64,000 nt of DNA from Eledone cirrhosa (taxonomy: Eukaryota): positions 113,708,001 to 113,772,000 of the forward strand of contig OZ024742.1 of NCBI GenBank assembly GCA_964016885.1, given 5' to 3'. The notes beneath the pieces were generated by a model. That model saw only the letters and a list, made by a program, of their open reading frames with translations. It was not told the origin of the DNA and ran no database searches. This document shows, piece by piece, positions 13,951-27,906 of this stretch (its first letter is position 1; each line of letters starts with the position of its first letter). A program made the position numbers and the translations under genes.

Positions 13951-14321
13951 GTCGTTCAGTCTAGCAGTGGCTCTGTCCGGTGTTCTTGACCTCTTGATCA
14001 CGTTCCCGCTGACAGCTATCAGAGTTATTTGACCACCGGTGTGTCCCTCACAAAGTGAGTGGCTATTCCAACTGGTCTGCCCCCGTCATCCTCCGGGCAA
14101 TATATTCTGTATCCTGTGGTTAGGAACCACGAGGTGCACGACATAGTTTAGGAGTAGGAGGCATTTCTTCAAGCACAAGGGCTAATTCTGCCGACACATA
14201 CAGACTTAATCAATAGTCAATGACCTTGTATATTTCTTTTCTCTTTGATTATATTTATTGACATTAAAATTGGATATTTCGGTAAATTAATATATAAAAA
14301 CGTATAAGTATACGAACGAAT

Positions 14322-14567
<246 letters not shown>

Positions 14568-14621
14568 CGTTTCTGAATTTGATTAGCAAGATTATTTATC
14601 TGAAATCATGTGTTGAAACCG

Positions 14622-14914
14622 ATATTGTTATACTTTGGGAGGGTCATGTTGCCAATAAGAAACACACGCAACAGTAGTTTCACTTCAATTTATTATAATC
14701 AATTTATAAATTTAGGAATTTATACATTTCTGGTTGGTTTGCTGGTTCCACAACCAGATAGCTGTTTATATATTGTCATATATAAACAACTATCTGGTTC
14801 GGGAACCAACCAACCAACCAGAAATTTATAAAATGATTATAATAAATTGAAGTGAAAGCAACTGGTGCGTGTGTTTCTTATTGGCAACATTACCTTCCCA
14901 AAGTATAACAATAT
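14622..14914. repeat. ~290-bp imperfect palindrome (fold-back pLTR-like, half-hammerhead)
   Basis: atattgttatactttgggagg..gttgccaataagaaacacacgca pairs with tgcgtgtgtttcttattggcaac..cccaaagtataacaatat; centre ~14773; GAAAtttaTA at 14821. Confidence 0.9.
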
Positions 14915-14915
14915 G

Positions 14916-14946
<31 letters not shown>

Positions 14947-15075
14947 ATAGGTGCAAGACAATTGCGTCTGTAGGCGGAATGTCGGGTGATCACTTGGTTC
15001 GCGTGCAAAGCAGAGTACAGTAATATACGAATAAAGGAACAAAGAATCGTTGTTGTTTCATAATATATCTAATAA

Positions 15076-15165
15076 CATAATACATATGTTTCACTCTCGA
15101 TCAGCTCAAGGAACGATCTATTATTGATCGAACCTGGCTTTGGAATCGAAAGATTCTCAGATATG
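15076..15165 (-). ncRNA. Degenerate hammerhead motif
   Basis: Minus strand: catat CTGAGAA tctttcgat...atcgagagt GAAA catatg TA ttatg; core box mutated. Confidence 0.5.
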
Positions 15166-16420
15166 CCTCAGTATGTAAGCTCGTCTCTGATGCTGTGCAG
15201 TAATATACATATATCATTATATTCATATAATCAAAAGTAGATAGGTTCTCTATCATAGTCATGCATACATGTGCATTTACATACATATATACATTCTCGT
15301 GAACAGTGACACACATACATATACATATATATGTCCGTATTCCTACTAACTATAAATATAAAATAAATGAATGAATATTAATTGAAATAAGAAAGTATGA
15401 ATTAAAAATGTTAACATATAAAATAAATACATAATAATGTATGAACTGAAAAATACGGGGACAAATGTAGAGTTGAAAAAAACGAGATGACTTTAAAATA
15501 ACCGATATAATTTGAACAAGAATAATGTGCAGTGATGGTGGGTGTGATTAATATGACCAATATAACTATATCATTAATTTCAGGGCTATGTTAATAGTAA
15601 GTAACGTTAACCTCTACAACAACTAAATTTGTAACTGCCTCAACTAAAATAATAATAAAGCTTTGTGTATTCGCCACACAACACACACAGCATACAATTA
15701 AATTGAAAAGAAAATCAAGAGGGGCACAGAACAACACGGTAAAGTACTAATGTGGGTTTTTTGTGTGAAATAAACGTTACTCAAAAATACTAAAATCGAC
15801 ACAAAAATAAACTTTTTAAAATGGAAACATGAGAAATAACTTAAGTTTAAACTCGAACTTCAACAGACTTGATATTAATTTGTATAATTTCTTAATAACG
15901 TTTGTTTTCAACACCTACATATTAGGGTACACCTTCTATACTACTCAACTACAAATCTTAAATATATATAAATGTCTCCATATTATATAGTCCCACAGAA
16001 CAAGATATACCTGTTGCATTTATTACAAACACTTGGCCACTAACATAAACCATTTCAATTTTACATATTGAGTTATATCTTTTCGTTATACATCGTAAAT
16101 TAATGTAATTTTTTTTTTAACATAAATAAGCGTTTAACGACAACTTTAATCTTTCCCAAGCGCCCGGCGAATAGGTCGCAAATGTGATCGCTCTTCCACA
16201 CTGCACCACCGTGCAATATCTGGGAATATTGAAAGAATTGGATCTTCAAATCCTAGGTAGCGTTTAAGTAGTGTATCTTCAATAGGGTGGGAATATTTAA
16301 AATAAATACTGAACAAATTCGTATAATCTCTCAGACTTAATCTTGGAACATATGGTAAAAGAAATAGATTAACCGTTACACTTTGATTGACCTATTGATA
16401 CCGTATTCACCACATTATTT

Positions 16421-16607
16421 AGTTTGGTAGTATCGGTAGAGCGTCAGACACTACGCTTTGAGGCAGAGATTTCTTGCCCTTTACACTCTGAGTTAAAATC
16501 CCGCCGAGGTTAACTTTAACTTTCATCCTTACAGGGTCGATAAAATAATGTACCAATAATGCACCAATGTAATTGCTGGCCTTGTGCCAAAAGTAGACAC
16601 ATTATTT
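16421..16607 (+). mobile_element. tRNA-derived SINE (octopus-type)
   Basis: ggtagtatcggtagagcg A-box-like; ctgagttaaaatcccgccgagg B-box-like; ttcatccttacagggtcgataaaata core; possible TSD cacattattt at 16411 and 16598. Confidence 0.85.
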
Positions 16608-17136
16608 TGAACTACATTGAAGCGTGAAGTTTTACTTTCATGGTATCCAAAAAGCACTTACATCACAAGCGGCATCAAATATTGTATTCTCTGGGATTGT
16701 ACCATATTACATGTATTTCTATTAGGGATCTCACTACAATAAATATGCACTAACATTTCAATCTTTCCTCCAATGTATTCAGTATAATTGTTGTTAATAG
16801 AGATATATAATTGTTGTTAAAGGAGATATATTATGAAATACGTTACGAAGAAGGAAAAAGAAACACGTGCAAACAGATAACTAATTTTGCCGGTGTTTTG
16901 CCGAATATTCATTATATAGCAATTTAGGAGTTTGTAAATTACAGAAAGTGTGCAAACTGATCCCGTTTAAGTCGTGAAGTCCATCAAGTATTCAATTAAG
17001 AAATAGTTTCTCCACAGCATGAGTGTTATTGGAAATATATACTTACGGCAGAAAACATTTAACTAAGCTCTAATTAAAGGTAACTTTTGTTAAAAATATA
17101 CTAACTTTATATTTGTTAATATCTCTCTCTTTCTCC

Positions 17137-17209
<73 letters not shown>

Positions 17210-20200
17210 ACTTAAATAGGCTAAATGTAGAAATGATTGCTAATTGAAATAATAATATGATGGAATTTAATAAAACTTAAAAATGCAATTACGGAATACA
17301 ATTTTGTATATTTAAGAAATTATAATTGTTGTAGCGTTAAGGTAGTTAGTCTTAATAAGCATAATATGGAAATATATTCTCATTTATACGAATAATGGAT
17401 GAAGTTAAGGACAATTGCCTTTTATAAAATAAAATTAAAATATACTTGGTTCGATATGTTGACGTGTTTATTAATCTGGTTAGTTTAGTTATGGAATCAA
17501 TTATTCATAAACTTATTTTACATTCTACCAATTATTATTATCAAATTAACGATTTTACAATATATTGTTTAATTATAAATCTCGCAATATTTAATATGCA
17601 TTGTGATCGTTCACGTGAAAATAAATTTGTTTCAATTAATAATCACTGCATAAAGGTAGAAAAATATCAAATTCCTAGTTAATATAAAACTAAATTGCTT
17701 CTCTCTTTCAGCATGTGCGATTATATCCATACCTCTAAATGCCCAAACTCGGAGAAGTTACAAATAAAAATTGCTGATTAGAGAAGCATAGGTGATCATG
17801 CCGTACTGAAAATTAACAGACGTAATGAAATGTTATGTTATATATAACTCTCCTGTTACTTGCAATGTACTGCCGGACTTAAGTGCTAAATAAAATAGAT
17901 ATATGTAGCAGTACCTCAAAATAGTCTAAACCTATTAAATACCATTTTATTATTCTCTATTATCTACGGTTTTCAAACAAAAGTGATATTATTATTGAAA
18001 AATGTATGTTTTTATGGGAATTTGATACAAATGCAATGACAAAACCTCGAACAGTATTCCAAATAATGTAGATACGGCGCTGAATTATGAGCATCATATA
18101 GAAATTAGGAACGTTGAAATAACGTGGAGACATGAGGTACGCTGTAGAAATTGATTAACATTTAAATGATAATTAATATATATTATCAAGAGACGTCATA
18201 TCCTACTTTAGTTTATTACACGATAGAATGTTCTCTTTTCGACAAATATAGAATGTTCTCCTTAAAAAAGGCTCTGGTGAATCAACATATCTTATATGAT
18301 TTAAATACTCCATGAAGATTAATATTTTTACCACAAAAACGACTTTGGATAAATAATTTTGTACATACTAGAGGTTTAAGACGTTTTGACCAAATTCAGA
18401 GAATATACGAATATATGTGAGAGTAATGCACTTGTGGTAACATTGCAACGAATTTAGCAGTGATTCAGAAAATGTAAATATCCGTAATATGTCATGATTA
18501 AGGTTTTGCGGTTACAACGTATGAAATGTCAGAATTGTGCTGCGTTAGATAATTTAATAGATTGGAATGAAGGAGCTCGTAAGCCATGGATAATTAATCG
18601 CATAGTGAATGTATTATTTTTTTATACTCATAATTACTATATTTATAATGTTTGAATCAATCAAATTTATGATGGTCTATCCTTGACACGTCCAATTCCT
18701 TTTAGTTTGAAGGTTGGAAAAGGAAAAATAAAAATTAATTCGGTTAAAGGAAAAAACATATCTTTGCTGCCAATGTTATCAATGTGATGTTAGATATACG
18801 CTGTGTGTTTTGGGAGCAACCTGTGATCATTTCTGGAGTGGTTGGTGGGGCTTCTAAATATTTGGAAAGAAAGCAATAGATTAAAAGGCAAGTCATTAGC
18901 TGATGAAATTTCTAAGTGTCAAATGTTCACGTTCATCATGTTATTTACATGCTTTATTAAATGACAGATTCAGAAGAAACTAAGAAAACTGATAGGGATT
19001 TATTGACATGCTAATCAAGACCTCGACACATTATTTCAAATGCGTTACTTGTTTAGTTTTTTCTGGCGAATAATTCCAATATTTAGTATTTTAAAACCGT
19101 TTCAAATATGTATGTACCCACGGTAAAGTGCAATCATGTAGTTTATGCTAAAATTAATATGGACAACACTATCATCACATTCAATAAATTGTATTGTACG
19201 TTAACACCGTTTCGATACCCCTGGTGTCCTCGGTCCCAGGGTTACCTCCTCACTCACCACCATAGGCGCTCTTCCAGCACGTCTCCCTCGTCGTTCTACG
19301 GTGAAACGCCTTCTCCATCTGTTCGCCGGGGTTGTGGTTGGGCCCCCATCCCGTACCATTGTAGTGGTTGTAGAAGAAACAGGAAGACAACATCTAATCT
19401 AATATGTATTTCAATTCAGTACTACCTAGAATAGTTGTTAATCATTTCCACTTCCTGGTCTTTCTTTCTTTCGTTCTTTCTTTCTTCTCTCATTTTCTTT
19501 TTTGTGTGATCGTTATCTTAACATCCGACATGGGGCAACCATCACCTCCAAGCAAATCAATCCTGTTTCTCTAACACAACTTTACATTTATGTAAAAATG
19601 TAACTGTTTATTTTCATGCTAGGGCCATCCTGAATCCAGCAACATCAGAAAAAGTAAGTTCACAGGTTTTCCAGCCATTACTATTATGCTATTTTCTTGT
19701 AGCTATTATTATTGTTGTGTAGCTCAAATACAATGTTGATGAGGTAGGTCACAGATTAGGTGTGATTTATGTACGAATTATCCAGAATCTTTGCAGTTGC
19801 TTGTGTTATCCTGCACCCACCGATCATATCTTTTCTGCATGGAAAACACCAACATATTGTATAGTCATTCTATACTATCATTTTCATTTTATTTTAATTT
19901 ACTCCAATATAGTCCTGACAGCACAGACAAATGCTGAAAGGTCTTCTAAACATGGACAACGCGTTTTCTCTTTTGTATAGCACAAATCTATTTTCATTCG
20001 TATCGAATGAAAACAAGATCATAACAATTCCATCGATATCGCCCTCCTTTGACAAAGCAAAGACGTATAATCAATGTTATTCCACATCTGCTGAGAGGAT
20101 GGAACAACTTTTATTGTAATTATGCATTTTTCTGTCTAAATATGTAGCTACTGTGTTACCAAGCATCATTTCTGATGAAATGAATTCCATATAGGGCTAC

Positions 20201-20323
20201 ATACTTTTTTATTTAAGTGTTGTGCAGCCACAGGACATATCTTATCCCAGTTACAAAATATCAATGTTGATTGAGATATAATTCTGTCCCCTAAGGGCGA
20301 TATTTAGTCCCCTTTGACATTAA

Positions 20324-20895
20324 CTATGTATCTAAAACAGAGAATGTATATCTGTCTGTCTATCTGTCAACTCACTATAACTCGAGAACCACCCAACCGA
20401 TTGTTTTCAATCTTTACACATGTAATACCTATGGTCCTGTGAGTGTTTTGAACAAACACCATTTCAAATGTTCAATACCCTAGAGACCGCATTAGGCGAA
20501 AAAGCGATCTCTCTCTCTTAGTCTTTCTTTTTAGATAGATACATATATGTAACGTTGCGCCCTTATAATATCTGTCTGTATGTCTGATGTCTACATTACG
20601 ACATTATGACGCTGTGTGTGTGTATATATATATATATATATACGTTCACAGATTGATTTCTTTAGTTTCAGAATATCCCGTTAAGGGTGAAAGCAGCGAT
20701 TATTTGCTTAAGATTTAATCTGATATATATATATATATATATATAATTATATATTCGTGTACAGATATCTTTGCATACACAATAACAAAATATAAACAAA
20801 CGTATTTATTTCACGAGGCTCGATAAGCATAAATATATATCAAATATATATGAACCCTAGAACAAATACCTAGCAACGCCGGGACATTCTGCTAG
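20324..20895 (+). mobile_element. Non-autonomous Helitron-like element
   Basis: 5' (TCTG)n-like repeat; 3' gcaacgccgggacattctgCTAG|T; its 5' ~280 bp match the reverse complement of 42660-42955. Confidence 0.75.
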
Positions 20896-21229
20896 TATAA
20901 TACAAAGGAATGTTTAAAACTTTCCGCATATAACCATATTTCATTTGTGTATAAGAGTTGTCGATCTATTTCCCCAGATTTCTTTAGATAGAGTCGGTAT
21001 ATGATATGTAATTACAGAGCCGAGAACGTGTTACTATATTAACTGTTTTCTCTAAATTATTATATCTTAAACCAAAAATGACTGGCTGATATGCAGTGAT
21101 TGTGCAGAGTGACTCCTGTACCCTTGATGCATATTCCCATCCACCTAAGCCCTGTCTATGTACATTTTTTTTTACTGCTCAGTTTCTTGTGAGAAGTTTT
21201 CTCGATCAGAGCAACATTGCAGTCATCGT

Positions 21230-22560
21230 GCACACATTCTGTAAAATATATTTGTCCAGAAAAAATACATTTTGAATGGCATGACTTTTTTTCTATCTAC
21301 GTTATACCTGTCTTGTTTTGTAAAGTCGAAACGATTTGGAGAATCTATGTCATTCTTTCCTAACAGATGGAATGGCAGAATGGACCATCCTCGGTTTTTT
21401 ATGAAGCTGACAGTGGTGTAGGCGAATGCATGTGAATGAGTGCGAAACGTTACTGTTATGTAGGCGATATTATTGTCAGTTAGCATTCTATTACAATGGC
21501 GGAATCAACTAGATTTGAAATTGATTGAGCCTCACTGGGTTCCAATGATGGATGTTGCAGTTGTTTGATCAATCGAAACACATGTCGATGAAATTACCGA
21601 GTAGGATGCTGAGCATTCCAACGTCACGTCCAACCATTACGTAATTCAAGTAAAGTTTCAGACTTTGCGCCTTTGAATTAATTTCAGCGGATGAGCTTCC
21701 AAATAATTTCACTTACCCGACTTCATTCGATTCCAGGCAGGATGGGCGGATCGAGCCACGTTTCTTACCACTGGGGTTGGAACTACTTACCCATTCCAAC
21801 AGACTGAGTCTATGGTCTCTACAATGATTGTAGGATTGACTAATTGTCCACTAGTGTTTAAATATGTTGGTTTTGTGCATGGAACAACGTATGGTTTATG
21901 TTCTGCTGTTTAATAACTGATTAATTTTCATCCCATATAACATAGAATCAAATATATTATATCTAAGCCCATTCTATTTTCATATTGGGAGATTTAGGAT
22001 GTATTGTTCGGCTTCTGAAGACAACGTAGTATGAATTTATGGATGATTCCCCGCTAGTGCACACCATAAGTACATACATACCCTAGTCCTTCCTTCATCA
22101 TTTGAATTTTTTAAAGAGCGTCTGACTTGGATAAATGTCTCTTAACTCACAAATATTGGGGTAAAATGGGATCAAGAGATGATAGAACGCTATCCTATAT
22201 ATCTTGAAATAAAGGAGAAACAACCTAGTAGAATTCCCTCTATCCCCTATAACATATCGCCATGCATCTGGCTAAGATCATATATTGTTGAGCAGAACTA
22301 TTATTAAAGTCATTCCCTCGTGAAAATCACACGCTGTGGGTAGAATTACGCGTCATCTGTGGCTTTCTCTTATTTTATAATACGATAGTGTGTGGTTTTG
22401 ATTGACGTGGGTCCTAACTTTAACAAGTCGAGTAACAAGACTGCACCGTCTTTGACTCCCTGTACATATTCCAATAATACCACATTACCATGATACTCAG
22501 TCTTAAAAACTGACTTCGACGTATTGTAGAAAATATACCGAGAAAACCGTTTCGATAACT
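21230..22560 (-). mobile_element. Very degenerate PLE-like remnant
   Basis: EYVQGVKDGAVLLLDLLKLGPTSIKTTHYR resembles the PLE RT E..G.LPFLD...IKTTVYRK motif; the rest cannot be aligned by eye. Confidence 0.3.
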
Positions 22561-23349
22561 GATATAATATATAAATGCTATATATAAGCATTTAGATTAT
22601 ATAATGCCATATTATACCATATTTAGAGTAATTAAAATAAATATTATTTTAAGTATATAGAAGTGGTTGCCAATGTAAGAATAACGTGATATATTTCATG
22701 ATATATTTCTTGTTTTTTGATTATTTGTTTGAAAGCAACAATCACGAGCAAAACAATATTATTTCTATCATTACCAGAAATAATTTCGATCTTCAAAATG
22801 TAATTGAATGTATCATATGATTTTATTGATAAGCACAAAGGGATGCAAGGATGCAAGTTTATTGTGTCTGGAAAGTTAATTGAATCAAGCTTGGTAGAGA
22901 GGAAGTGTAGTTTTGAGAAACGTGGAGTCCGGCATTAGTGCTTGAGAAGAAAATGTGCATGATAACTTGTTTATCTTTATTAATGGAAATCTTCACCTGC
23001 TGAACTCTGTCATCATCTGTAAAATAGAAATATACGTAATAATTTTGCTAACACATATAAGAATATGCAAAATTATATCAAACTTATTGGAAATTGTTTA
23101 AATTCCCAAGAATTATACGGGAGATAGTTTTTTCAATTCAATGAATTCGATTATGGCTGAATGGTCTTCAGATTAGAATGGATACTGACTATTTGACTGC
23201 AAAGTAATATTGGTATCTTCTTTTTTTTTTACTACAGCTCACACACGATTGTATAATTTACTGTAATCCTAAGATTTGAGAAATATTGAATCAACATAAA
23301 CATACGTGAATGCGACAAAACCTTGAGGTCATACATTTACAGACCATTT

Positions 23350-23423
<74 letters not shown>

Positions 23424-25058
23424 ACATTCTGTAAAGAGAATGTTCCTTTTACATTAAAGTCATTGTGTCTCTATCTGAAATTCCATTTGTTGACGTAATT
23501 TATGTATCTTCGACACGCAGCTTTTGTATGTTTGAGATTTATTTGCGATAGAGTAGAAAAAAAAAATTGTAAAGAATATCCAACAAATTAATTATATATT
23601 TTGAAGTAAATAGGGGAATAATATATTCAATACAATAGGAAAATCTGTTTGATCATTTCTTTTATTTTGGTTTTATTTATTACGAACTTAAATACTATTT
23701 CACCGAAAAAGGTGTTACATTCCAACTGAAAGATAACATAATATTAAATTAGTCGAAGTATATTCAGTTTAGATAGTTAAAGATACATGATTCGGAGATT
23801 CGGAATCTGGACATAAAATATGTCATAATGATTTCGATCTCCGATTGGATGTTTTGTAGACACACTTTCACGCTGCACCTGTTCACTCTTCTCTAGAACA
23901 AGAGCTGTAAATGTTACTTAAACTGCAATTCTAGTAACTCACTGTATCATGCTATATGTAAATGAGAATTATTTAGAAGATACGCGTATCCGTGGAATGC
24001 ATAACCACTTAATGAGCAGTGTTCCGTTTGAAACAACTTGCACATTCATCATAGGAGTCGATTGATGTCAAATATCCAAGAAAAATATTGTATATTTATA
24101 TTTCAGTTTTGAGTTAAAAATACATCAAATAAATAATTTAAAATTATTGAAGACTACTTGAACAATATTTATTTTTTATCGTTAGAAAAGTTATTAATCA
24201 TAGCAAAACTCTGGATTTATAGACCACATCATTCGGATTTCTAGATAACTAGAATGCACAGAGTAACCGGATATCTAATCAACTGTTAAACGTATTTCGA
24301 TGGAACTCTGTATTGCGAAATATTACATATTTTCGAATAAGTCTCTCTTAAACAATATAATGTAATATAATTAAAATCGTTCAAATATTTCGGAATGTAA
24401 ATATAACCCGATGAAACACAGTACCGATGTAGATAAATAAACAACCCATAATTTACATATTTATTTATTTTTTCATACTTTCAAGAAGTTCCTTCTCAAT
24501 TACTATTATTATGAATTTTCTATTTTTTTCACGTTATATTATTATTTATTTTGTATTTATGATTTATTTGAATGTTTCGCTAATTTAGAGTGTTTTTTGT
24601 TTATTATTTGTTCAAGTATCCGATTAAAGTATATTAATCTCACTATGTATATATCTTCCAAATAAAGATTCCCATTTTTATTGTTACGGAGTAAGACGGT
24701 TTTATGGATCTATAGTATCAAGTGAATTGCATAACTTATATCGATTTGCCCGTCAATTGATTTAATGTAATCAATCAAGGTTTTGAAAAGATGGTGAAAT
24801 AATTAACTGATTAAGCACTAAGCTTCACCTTTTATTTTCATTGCTCAATATAATAGTTATTTGCTTATTTGAACGGTCCACGAATTCAAATATAATGGAT
24901 TCCTACTAGCAAATCAAGAACACTCTGCACCACATCGTTTTGGAATCCTAATTTCTGTATTACACACAATTCTAAGAGTGGTCTTGGCTCTACCATAGAC
25001 AGGGAGATGCTAACATACACACACACACACATTCACACATACATATATATATATATGT

Positions 25059-25113
<55 letters not shown>

Positions 25114-25295
25114 TATTACCTAACTTATTGTGATTATTCTGGGGGAAAATGTATTTATTACTCTCTAATTGTTTGCTTTTAGACACTTTTGAAAATCTAA
25201 CGCAGATCTGCTATTCGCATCTGCAACTTCGGTTATAATCATTATTACACACACACAGACACGCACAAACACACACAAACACACACACACACACA

Positions 25296-25401
<106 letters not shown>

Positions 25402-25451
25402 TAAAAATAATGAATAAAAACAAAGAAACATCTCCTTATATTAAAAAATTC

Positions 25452-25584
25452 ATCATTTTACGATCGTTTCTAGGATATATATGTGTGTTGGTATGTATAT
25501 CATATATATATGTAATTTTTTTACAAACTATCAGAGGGAATATACATACCTACACATATATATGCTGTCTTCAGAAATAATGAT
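25452..25584 (-). ncRNA. Type I hammerhead ribozyme with long stem II
   Basis: Minus strand: atcattattt CTGAAGA [catatatatgtgt..ggtatgtatat / atatacatacc..acacatatatat] GAAA cgatcg TA aaatgat. Confidence 0.75.
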
Positions 25585-25599
25585 ATTTGTTTATTGAAA

Positions 25600-26370
25600 A
25601 AAAACAACAAAGATTTAATATAATAGTTCTGTTTGGGAACAGGTTTTGAATTGGCCAATAGAAAGGTAATAAGTGGTCACGATGGTAGAATAGTAGTAAT
25701 AGAACTTTAATTTAGGGGTAGAAGAAAGCATATTTCACTTTTGAATTGAAAGAGTATAATGAATGAAAAATTATTTTGGGGATGAAAATAGGTCAAGTAG
25801 GTAAAAGGTACACGAAAAATTGATGTTATAAAAGAATAATGCTAATGTAAATAGCTAAGGAGAATACCATTTTACGATAAATGTGTTAGTGAAAAATATC
25901 AATCTTATTCAACATATAAGGAATTTACATGTATAAAAAGAAAATAAATTAATTAAATTGATAGGTATATTTATATTGATAAATTTATATTAATTCATAT
26001 ACATGATAAATAAGAGTTAGATGTAAATGAAGAGTGCTGTTAAAAATGTTGGGAAAATAAAAAAATAATAATAATAATTATTGGGGGGGGGGGATTTATT
26101 AGTGAGAAATAACACATTTATATAGATTATAAGGAATATAGATTTATAACCTGAAATTAAAATAGTTTATATGCATACTTATTGGTATAAATTTTAGGAA
26201 AATATAGCTTTAAGAGGGAAATAAAATTACGCAGTTCATTAGTAGTAGAATATTAATTATAGGTTAATTAATTTTCAAAAAATGTTATTATAATAATTTG
26301 TAAAGTGTATATTAATTAGGTTTATAATATTTGAAAGTTCTTCTAAATTTATGATTACATGATATAATTA
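25600..26370 (-). mobile_element. AT-decayed PLE remnant upstream of the 25452 HHR
   Basis: Position 5' of an HHR; weak similarity in composition and motifs to the PLEs at 28850-34900 and 59560-61510. Confidence 0.3.
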
Positions 26371-26514
26371 ATTCCTGTCTCTTATTATATATATATGACA
26401 ATCGTTTTGTCTTGAAAGAGAGAGCGAGTTTCAAAATAAAAATAGAAGCATTCGCCCTAATTTTCACTATCAGGCTGAAATATATCTAGTCAGAAATAAG
26501 CGAAAGCTTATATA

Positions 26515-26900
26515 TATGAAGCACAGATTAAAATGTTAAACCCCAACACAATGTGTTATGAATATTTTAAAATTACCAAGATAACAAATGTATCTTACCA
26601 AAGCAAATTTAATGATCCGAAATATTTTCGGGTTTAAAAATCCTATATCAAGGGGCTGATCCTAGAAGAGACTTAAAAATCGATCGGATAGATTTGTTTG
26701 TATGGGAGCAGATTTAAGTCTACCCGACGATTTTAAGTTCATTATAGGGCCACTCACTTGATTACGGATTTTTAAACACGAACCTATTTGGCATCGTTAA
26801 ATTTGCAAAGGTAAGAATATTCTGTTGTTATCTTGGCAATTCTAACAATCTTCATAATGCATTGTGTTGGTCTTCCAAATTTAAACTTGTGTTTCCTATT
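26515..26900. repeat. ~385-bp diverged palindrome
   Basis: ccaacacaatg/cattgtgttgg, ccaagataaca/tgttatcttgg, gcaaatttaatgat/atcgttaaatttgc, gtttaaaaatcc/ggatttttaaac, cttaaaaatcg/cgattttaag; centre ~26700. Confidence 0.8.
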
Positions 26901-27111
26901 TTAAGAATGCTTTAAGCAAGCTACAATTCTTTGTTATATATGTATATATATATAACAAAGTAAGGTTTCTTTGAAATGTCCCAATGTGTGTGTATATATA
27001 TATATATTTATTAAAATAACAGATTAAAATTTAAGGAAAAATTCGCTGCTTTCACCATTAACGAGATCTTCTGAAACATCTTTTAATTTGAGACTTAAAA
27101 TGTATTACTAT

Positions 27112-27157
<46 letters not shown>

Positions 27158-27339
27158 ATAGGATATGTGTTCCTACACGGACAAAGCGCTAAGGGACACA
27201 TGTATTGTCCAACCATATGCCGATGTGGTTCAATGGCAGGTTAATAAATTAACGAGTCTGAACATATATAATCAGGTTTAGCAAATAATGAAAAAGTTTC
27301 AATATAAATTTTAAAAAATTGACTTTACCTACTATAGTT

Positions 27340-27424
27340 ACCTTTACCGAATCGGTTTCGAATCTTAAAAATAAACGGAGACCATACGGTCTTCGTTGCA
27401 AAGAAAGATTCTCGTCAGAAGTTT
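27340..27424 (-). ncRNA. Type I hammerhead ribozyme, copy 1
   Basis: Minus strand: ctt CTGACGA gaatctt...aagattc GAAA ccg att cgg TA aag. Confidence 0.85.
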
Positions 27425-27822
27425 CTTTTCATTCGAAGAATATAAAATTCTTGAATTTAAATTACGAACTAGCGCTATCCAAAACTGTTCCCGAGATGAG
27501 AGTAAATGAAGTGGAATCAATTTTTTCAAGGGCCGAAAGTAAAGATAGAGGCAGAGGGAGGTAGGTCAATCGGCCACCACTATCATTAGCAGCAGTCGGA
27601 ACGACCAAATTTTTTTCTCAATATAGAGGAGTATAGTAATAATAGGATATGTGTTCCTACACGCACAAAGCGCTAAGGGACACATGTATTGTCCAACCAT
27701 ATGCCAATGTGGTTCAATGGCAAGTTAATTAATTAACGAGCCAGAACATATATAATAGGTTTAGCAAATAATGAAAAAGTTTCAAAATAAATTTTAAAAA
27801 ATTGACTTTACCTACTATAGTT

Positions 27823-27906
27823 ACCTTTACCGGATCGGTTTCGAATCTCAAAAATAAACGGAGACCATACGGCATTCGTTGCAAAGAAAGATTCTCGTCA
27901 GAAGGT
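27823..27906 (-). ncRNA. Type I hammerhead ribozyme, copy 2
   Basis: Minus strand: acctt CTGACGA gaatct...agattc GAAA ccg atc cgg TA aaggt; 5-bp stem I. Confidence 0.88.

Noticed and set aside
17690-17830. Strong plus-strand splice acceptor at ~17711
   Set aside because: All three frames stop within ~70 nt and there is no good donor; unsupported without RNA data
19200-19400. GC-rich island
   Set aside because: No recognisable motif in any frame; probably an unidentified TE fragment
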